Assembly: GCA_964534625.1 (NCBI GenBank)
Contig: CAZHRF010000008.1
Location: forward strand, 1-64,000
Reading direction: 5' to 3'
DNA length: 64,000 nt
From: an uncultured archaeon
GTDB lineage: Archaea; Asgardarchaeota; Heimdallarchaeia; Heimdallarchaeales; Heimdallarchaeaceae
Position numbers and translations under genes: made by a program. Of this stretch, positions 59,297-64,000 are shown in pieces. The number at the start of each line of letters is the position of its first letter. The first letter of the stretch is position 1. Under the pieces are notes generated by a model. It saw nothing but the letters and a program-made list of their open reading frames with translations, did not search any database and was not told where the DNA came from.

Positions 59297-60154
59297 ATGG
59301 GATTAAAAGATTTAATATCAAGAGGTTTCGAGAAACTTAATCAAAATATAGCTGAAAATAACCTTCAAGAGGAATTAAGACGTCGTCCTAAAAATGCTGA
59401 TGCATGGTACAATTTTGGACTACTAAGAGCTCATCAAAACCGTCTTGATGAAGCTGAAACTGCATTTAAAACTTCGCTTAAATATCGCCCTAAACATTCT
59501 GGAGTGTACTATAATTTGGGTGTCCTCTATGAGAGCAAGAATCAGATAAATAAAGCCGAAGAAGCATACAAGAGTGCAGTAAACGTCAATATGAAAAATG
59601 TTGAGGCATGGAATAACTTGGGATTTTTACTTGCCAAAAAAGGAGATAGTATAGGAGCTGAAGATGCTTTATCCTCTGTTCTAAAGCACAAACCTAAAAC
59701 AGCAAAAGCATGGTACGGATTAGGTGTAATAAAATATCAGCAAAAAAAGATCAAAGACGCAAAAAAAGCGTTAAGAACAGCAGTCAAGTACAATTCTAAA
59801 TTTGTACAAGCTTGGTTTTATTTGGGAATATTATTAGGCGAAAAAGGCGATTTAAAAGGAGCTGAAGAATCATTGAATGTGGCTTTAAAATATCTACCAG
59901 ATTCAGCTGAGCTGTGGTACAATTTAGGTGTTATAGAAAATGCACAAAAGAAGTTTTCAGATGCTGAAACATCAAATAGAAATGCTATTCAATATAACCC
60001 TGATTATCTCGAAGCATGGACAAATCTTGGTGTTACGCTCGAGAACCAAGGTAAACTTGAACAAGCTAAAGAAGCATATGAAACTGCACTAAAATTAGCC
60101 CCGGCAAATTGGCCCTATAAACAGGTATTAGAAGCCAAATTAGGAAAAAGATAA
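59297..60154 (+). CDS. Tetratricopeptide repeat protein
   Basis: About 7 34-aa AW.NLG repeats; SD GAGGT. Confidence 0.92.
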   Translation: MGLKDLISRGFEKLNQNIAENNLQEELRRRPKNADAWYNFGLLRAHQNRLDEAETAFKTSLKYRPKHSGVYYNLGVLYESKNQINKAEEAYKSAVNVNMKNVEAWNNLGFLLAKKGDSIGAEDALSSVLKHKPKTAKAWYGLGVIKYQQKKIKDAKKALRTAVKYNSKFVQAWFYLGILLGEKGDLKGAEESLNVALKYLPDSAELWYNLGVIENAQKKFSDAETSNRNAIQYNPDYLEAWTNLGVTLENQGKLEQAKEAYETALKLAPANWPYKQVLEAKLGKR

Positions 60155-60223
60155 ATAATAGGAAAAAACACTTTTTTTTTGATTTCTTTTTTCATGTTAT
60201 ACTTGATTTATGTTTAACCAATT

Positions 60224-60376
60224 TTATTGTCTGTTTTTTCCATGTGCTTTATCCCAACAAGTTTTACAAACAGTTTGCTTGATCATACTACAACATGTAC
60301 GTATTTGCATTGTTTTTGTTTCATTGTATGGTACCTCTTCACCACAAGCATCACATGTAACCATTTTTGCAGTCAT
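60224..60376 (-). CDS. 50-aa zinc-finger microprotein (not in ORF track)
   Basis: SD AGGAGGT; MTAKMVTCDACGEEVPYNETKTMQIRTCCSMIKQTVCKTCWDKAHGKNRQ. Confidence 0.72.
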   Translation of the reverse strand: MTAKMVTCDACGEEVPYNETKTMQIRTCCSMIKQTVCKTCWDKAHGKNRQ

Positions 60377-60538
60377 ATCTATCTATACCTCCTCTTTTCT
60401 TTAACTGTCAAGATGGGTGCTCATATCGACATATTTAACTTTGTCGGTATAACGAGAATTATTTGATTTAAAAAAGAAACTGATGATAAAAGATATACAG
60501 AGAATTGGCATAAAGCAAAGAAAAGTAGAAAAAAGTAG

Positions 60539-61567
60539 CTATCTAATCTTTTTGACTAGATTTGTGCCACATCGAGGACAATGAAATGTTCCTTTTGGGA
60601 TTTGATAGCCACAGGATGGACAGAATTTGGGGTATTTCTTTTTTTCCTCTTCCTTATGTAAAGGCTGGAGAATTATCTGATTTTCTTCTACTTTCCACGA
60701 GAATAATTTATGTCCTTCAAATTGCATAGTCAACTTTTCAGGTAACGGTAACCTATTTTGTTGATCTAACACAAGTATTCTTGATGAATCAAGATCCATA
60801 AAATCAAGATCTAGTCCATGTTGACCTAGTATCAATCCATCTTGTATTTCTAGTGTTCTATCTGAAAATTCTCCTACAATTGGATCATGTGAGCAAAGTA
60901 AATAACTTGTTCCTGTTTCATCCTTTAATTCTTTAAATAGTTCAAGAATAGTTTGTGATGTTTCAGCATCCACAGCTCCTGTTGGTTCATCAGCAAGTAT
61001 GATAGCAGGTTCATTTGCTAACGCCCTACAAATTGCTACTCGCTGTCTTTCCCCTCCTGAGAGTCTAGTGGGCTGATGATCTTTTCGATGCCAGATACCT
61101 AATCTTTCCATTAAGTCTTGTGATCGTTTTCGCCTTTCCGCCAAAGGTTTATTTATAAGTTTCATTGGCATTTCAATGTTTTCTCTTGCAGTAAGATAGT
61201 TGATAAGGTTCCCTTCTTGAAATACATAACCAACATTATATCTTCTGAAAGAAAATAACATTTCTTCAGGTAGTTTGGTAATATCGGTTCCATCGCTAAA
61301 AATAATTTCTCCTGCTGTAGGTTTTAGCATTCCGCCTAAAGATAATAATAAAGTGGATTTACCAGCTCCACTCGGTCCAATTATCCCCAAAATTTCTGCT
61401 TTGTTTAGTTCTAAACTAACGCCTTTTAATGCGACAACCTTTGTTGCTCCTTGTATCCCATACACATGGTATATATCGTTAATTTTCATGGTCATATTAC
61501 CAGGTAAAGGAGGTCTTTGCATGTTCATATTCGTCATGTAATGGGTATTATTTGTCATTTTTTTCAT
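60539..61567 (-). CDS. LolD/MacB-type ABC ATPase with C-terminal AbrB-like segment and zinc ribbon
   Basis: GPSGAGKST, LSGGERQR, ADEPTG, SHD; LDQQNRLPLP; CPSCG..CPRCG. Confidence 0.9.
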   Translation of the reverse strand: MKKMTNNTHYMTNMNMQRPPLPGNMTMKINDIYHVYGIQGATKVVALKGVSLELNKAEILGIIGPSGAGKSTLLLSLGGMLKPTAGEIIFSDGTDITKLPEEMLFSFRRYNVGYVFQEGNLINYLTARENIEMPMKLINKPLAERRKRSQDLMERLGIWHRKDHQPTRLSGGERQRVAICRALANEPAIILADEPTGAVDAETSQTILELFKELKDETGTSYLLCSHDPIVGEFSDRTLEIQDGLILGQHGLDLDFMDLDSSRILVLDQQNRLPLPEKLTMQFEGHKLFSWKVEENQIILQPLHKEEEKKKYPKFCPSCGYQIPKGTFHCPRCGTNLVKKIR

Positions 61568-61573
61568 CTCCTT

Positions 61574-64000
61574 TTATACTACACGCATTTCCTCCACTAC
61601 TTTGATTCTAGAAGCTGCTATGGCAGGTAACAAAGTCGCCAAGATAATCACTGCAAAGGATCCTAAAACAGTGAATGACAAGGTTATTGGCGGAAAGATT
61701 AATCGCCTGTTCATAGTTGAAGTTGATAGAAGATCAAAAAAGCCATTAAATTGAAAAGCAAGTAAACCTCCAATAATTGTACCAAAAATAGTAGCAAAAA
61801 ATGCCATGGATAAGATTTCGGATAATACAAGCAAAATAAGTTGCTTCCTAGATGCTCCTTCTGCAATTAAAATTGCAAATTCCTTACGCCGTCTATTAAT
61901 AATCATAAACATAAAGATAAAGACACCAATCAAAGCTGTTATTTGGGAAACTAAAAAGGCAATGGTAAGTAAACCCGGAATACCAAAATTTCTCCCTTGA
62001 GCTTGTTTCACTTGTTCATAGTAGTCCTCAAATGTTATTGCGTCACTTACAAAATCGAAATTGTTGATAAATTCAAATGAAAGGTTTTCTTTTTCTGGAT
62101 CGACATTACTCTTGAAATTAACGATAGCACTAACAATTGGTGTTTCTGGAGCATGTTCTAAAATAAATTCTTTGCTTGTAAAACATGTAAATGAGCTTAC
62201 TGACCCTGAATCCATTATTCCACCAGGCAAATGATCAAATTGACCAACAATATTTATTGTGGTATTGCTTCCAGTAGGCGTCATAACATTAAATTCTTGC
62301 CTTTCTTCATTAACCTCCATAAAGAAAGCAGAACGCCACCCTATTATAACATTCTTTGTTTTATTTTGAGATAAACTGGTAAATACTGTGTTTGTGTCCG
62401 CTTTATACATTGAATCAGGATGGATGAAAGTATGCTGGCGATAGAGAGAGAGATCTGCTCCATAAACAGTAATTAATCTCTGTCCAATAGTGAATTCTGC
62501 AGAGTAAATAGGGATGACTGTATCAATTTTGTCTTCAAGTCCAGTAAAGTTCTCTTTAGTTAAAGTAGATCCATATCCAATGTCTAATTTCATCTCTCCA
62601 CCAATTTGAAATTCAGCTTGACGAGTGAGGTCATATGTTCCTGTTTCACCTTGTACAGCACTAAGCACACTAAGAGAAATACTTAGGCATAGTAAAACTG
62701 TTATTCTTGGAAAACTTTGATCCCTTCTTGAAAGACTGCCTTTAATTAAAATACCTATGTCGCGAAAGATTTTCAATAGGATTTTATCTAGTTTTTCAGG
62801 AACTTTCACGGATATTCTACTAGCCACTCCAGCACTACCATACCACAATGTTAATGGGCTGAAAAATTGCACTAATTGAATCCCAAATCCAAAAGAAATA
62901 TTAGGATTAATTGCTTGGGTGATGCTTAAAACGACGCCTATTAAACCTAGGAAGAAAAAGATTACATCTCCATAAATTTTCTTAAACCATCCTTCCTTTT
63001 CTTTGTCAATAGTTGAAGCCAGGGCAACTTCTTGTTGAATAAAAACATTGGTTTTTTTAGCAGTGGTTATTAATAATACACCAAGTGTGACAATAGCTGT
63101 TACAATTATTGTCCATGTTTTAATTTGTAGTAGCGAAAGAGCTCTGGTGAATTCAACCAGATCAATATTCATGAAACTGTATATGGATATCACGCTAGCT
63201 GCCCCTAACGCCCCTAAAAACAGTCCAATAACCTCTCCAATTATTCCAATAATAATAACCTCAGTAAAGATTTGAAATCGTATCTGTTTTGGGCTAGCTC
63301 CTTGAGCTTTCAGAACCGATACTTCATATTTTCGCTCTTGTAAAGCCAATTCGGCACCAAAATTAATTAAAATTAATGATAATACAATAGCTGGAATATA
63401 AAGCACCATATCTATAATCTGCATTAATACTAACATGAATTGATTCATAACTATAAGAAAACCAATTGCATTCCTGCCTGTTAATGCATTGTTTGACTTT
63501 TCTTCAATTCGGAAAATAATCCGGTCGATTGCATCATTAAGATTACCAAGGTCGTTTACAGGAAGTTTATTGAAATCAAGTTTTGTGGGTAGAGAAAATA
63601 ATAGATTATCTACGAAAACATCAATGAGTTCCTTTTCAAAAACAGCACTAGACATTATAATGCTACGACCACCGTAGCCAGTAAATGGGCCGGACATTTC
63701 TTGCGTTCTATAAAAACCATTAATGGTCAAATTAAGAGTACGTTGATACACAATTGATATATTGTGTTCATACTCTGTAAATTCCATTTTCATAAGAGTA
63801 TAATTAAAACTAATTGTTTGCCCTACTTGGAGATTGAATTCTTTATAAGCTTGATATGATAATAAGACTCCATCAGAGCTGAGAGTGTTTTCGCCTACAA
63901 CTATATCAATACTATTGACAATGGCAGAGTCAGTAAAAGATTCATCCACTATTTTTGGAAATACAATCTCGTGTGGTCTAAAACTAGTAAAATTCTCTAT
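61574..64000 (-). CDS. FtsX/MacB-like ABC permease (5'-partial, extends beyond window)
   Basis: Two FtsX modules (ERKYEVSVLKAQGAS; RRKEFAILIAEGAS); frame open to the window edge. Confidence 0.9.
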   Translation of the reverse strand: MENFTSFRPHEIVFPKIVDESFTDSAIVNSIDIVVGENTLSSDGVLLSYQAYKEFNLQVGQTISFNYTLMKMEFTEYEHNISIVYQRTLNLTINGFYRTQEMSGPFTGYGGRSIIMSSAVFEKELIDVFVDNLLFSLPTKLDFNKLPVNDLGNLNDAIDRIIFRIEEKSNNALTGRNAIGFLIVMNQFMLVLMQIIDMVLYIPAIVLSLILINFGAELALQERKYEVSVLKAQGASPKQIRFQIFTEVIIIGIIGEVIGLFLGALGAASVISIYSFMNIDLVEFTRALSLLQIKTWTIIVTAIVTLGVLLITTAKKTNVFIQQEVALASTIDKEKEGWFKKIYGDVIFFFLGLIGVVLSITQAINPNISFGFGIQLVQFFSPLTLWYGSAGVASRISVKVPEKLDKILLKIFRDIGILIKGSLSRRDQSFPRITVLLCLSISLSVLSAVQGETGTYDLTRQAEFQIGGEMKLDIGYGSTLTKENFTGLEDKIDTVIPIYSAEFTIGQRLITVYGADLSLYRQHTFIHPDSMYKADTNTVFTSLSQNKTKNVIIGWRSAFFMEVNEERQEFNVMTPTGSNTTINIVGQFDHLPGGIMDSGSVSSFTCFTSKEFILEHAPETPIVSAIVNFKSNVDPEKENLSFEFINNFDFVSDAITFEDYYEQVKQAQGRNFGIPGLLTIAFLVSQITALIGVFIFMFMIINRRRKEFAILIAEGASRKQLILLVLSEILSMAFFATIFGTIIGGLLAFQFNGFFDLLSTSTMNRRLIFPPITLSFTVLGSFAVIILATLLPAIAASRIKVVEEMRVV

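Noticed and set aside
506-63677. Many 60-140 aa ORFs antisense to or nested in real genes (e.g. 5418-5837, 20731-21045, 36379-36741, 60210-60466)
   Set aside because: Shadow ORFs with no motifs or SD
1-64000. tRNA, rRNA, CRISPR arrays, provirus
   Set aside because: No cloverleaf or rRNA-like GC-rich tract, regularly spaced repeats, integrase or capsid genes seen

Overview
AT-rich archaeal chromosomal segment, most consistent with an Asgard archaeon (inference). Support: Taw1, multi-OB RPA, GGTGA/AGGAGG Shine-Dalgarno motifs, TATA boxes placed for leaderless starts, four longin-like proteins, LRR/TPR/zinc-ribbon proteins. About 47 coding regions, mostly housekeeping, transport and amino-acid catabolism. 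No tRNA, rRNA, CRISPR array or transposase was seen. Highlights: (1) a bacterial-type GlnRS fused to the N-terminal domain of archaeal GluRS, head-to-head with a short non-archaeal AlaRS; (2) a very divergent RtcB-fold protein; (3) a CWH43/PGAP2IP-like membrane-EEP enzyme; (4) tandem TPR-longin paralogs, a membrane-longin and a possible Vps28-like protein; (5) a RAM domain plus an EamA-RAM fusion; (6) hicB-hicA with a third, internally duplicated gene; (7) five copies of a ~110-bp MITE (TIR TAGTACTTCCGAA, 5-bp TSD) and three ~50-bp IS200/IS605-end-like hairpin elements; (8) small or recoded ORFs the track misses. All family calls come from motif recognition by eye; no searches were run.
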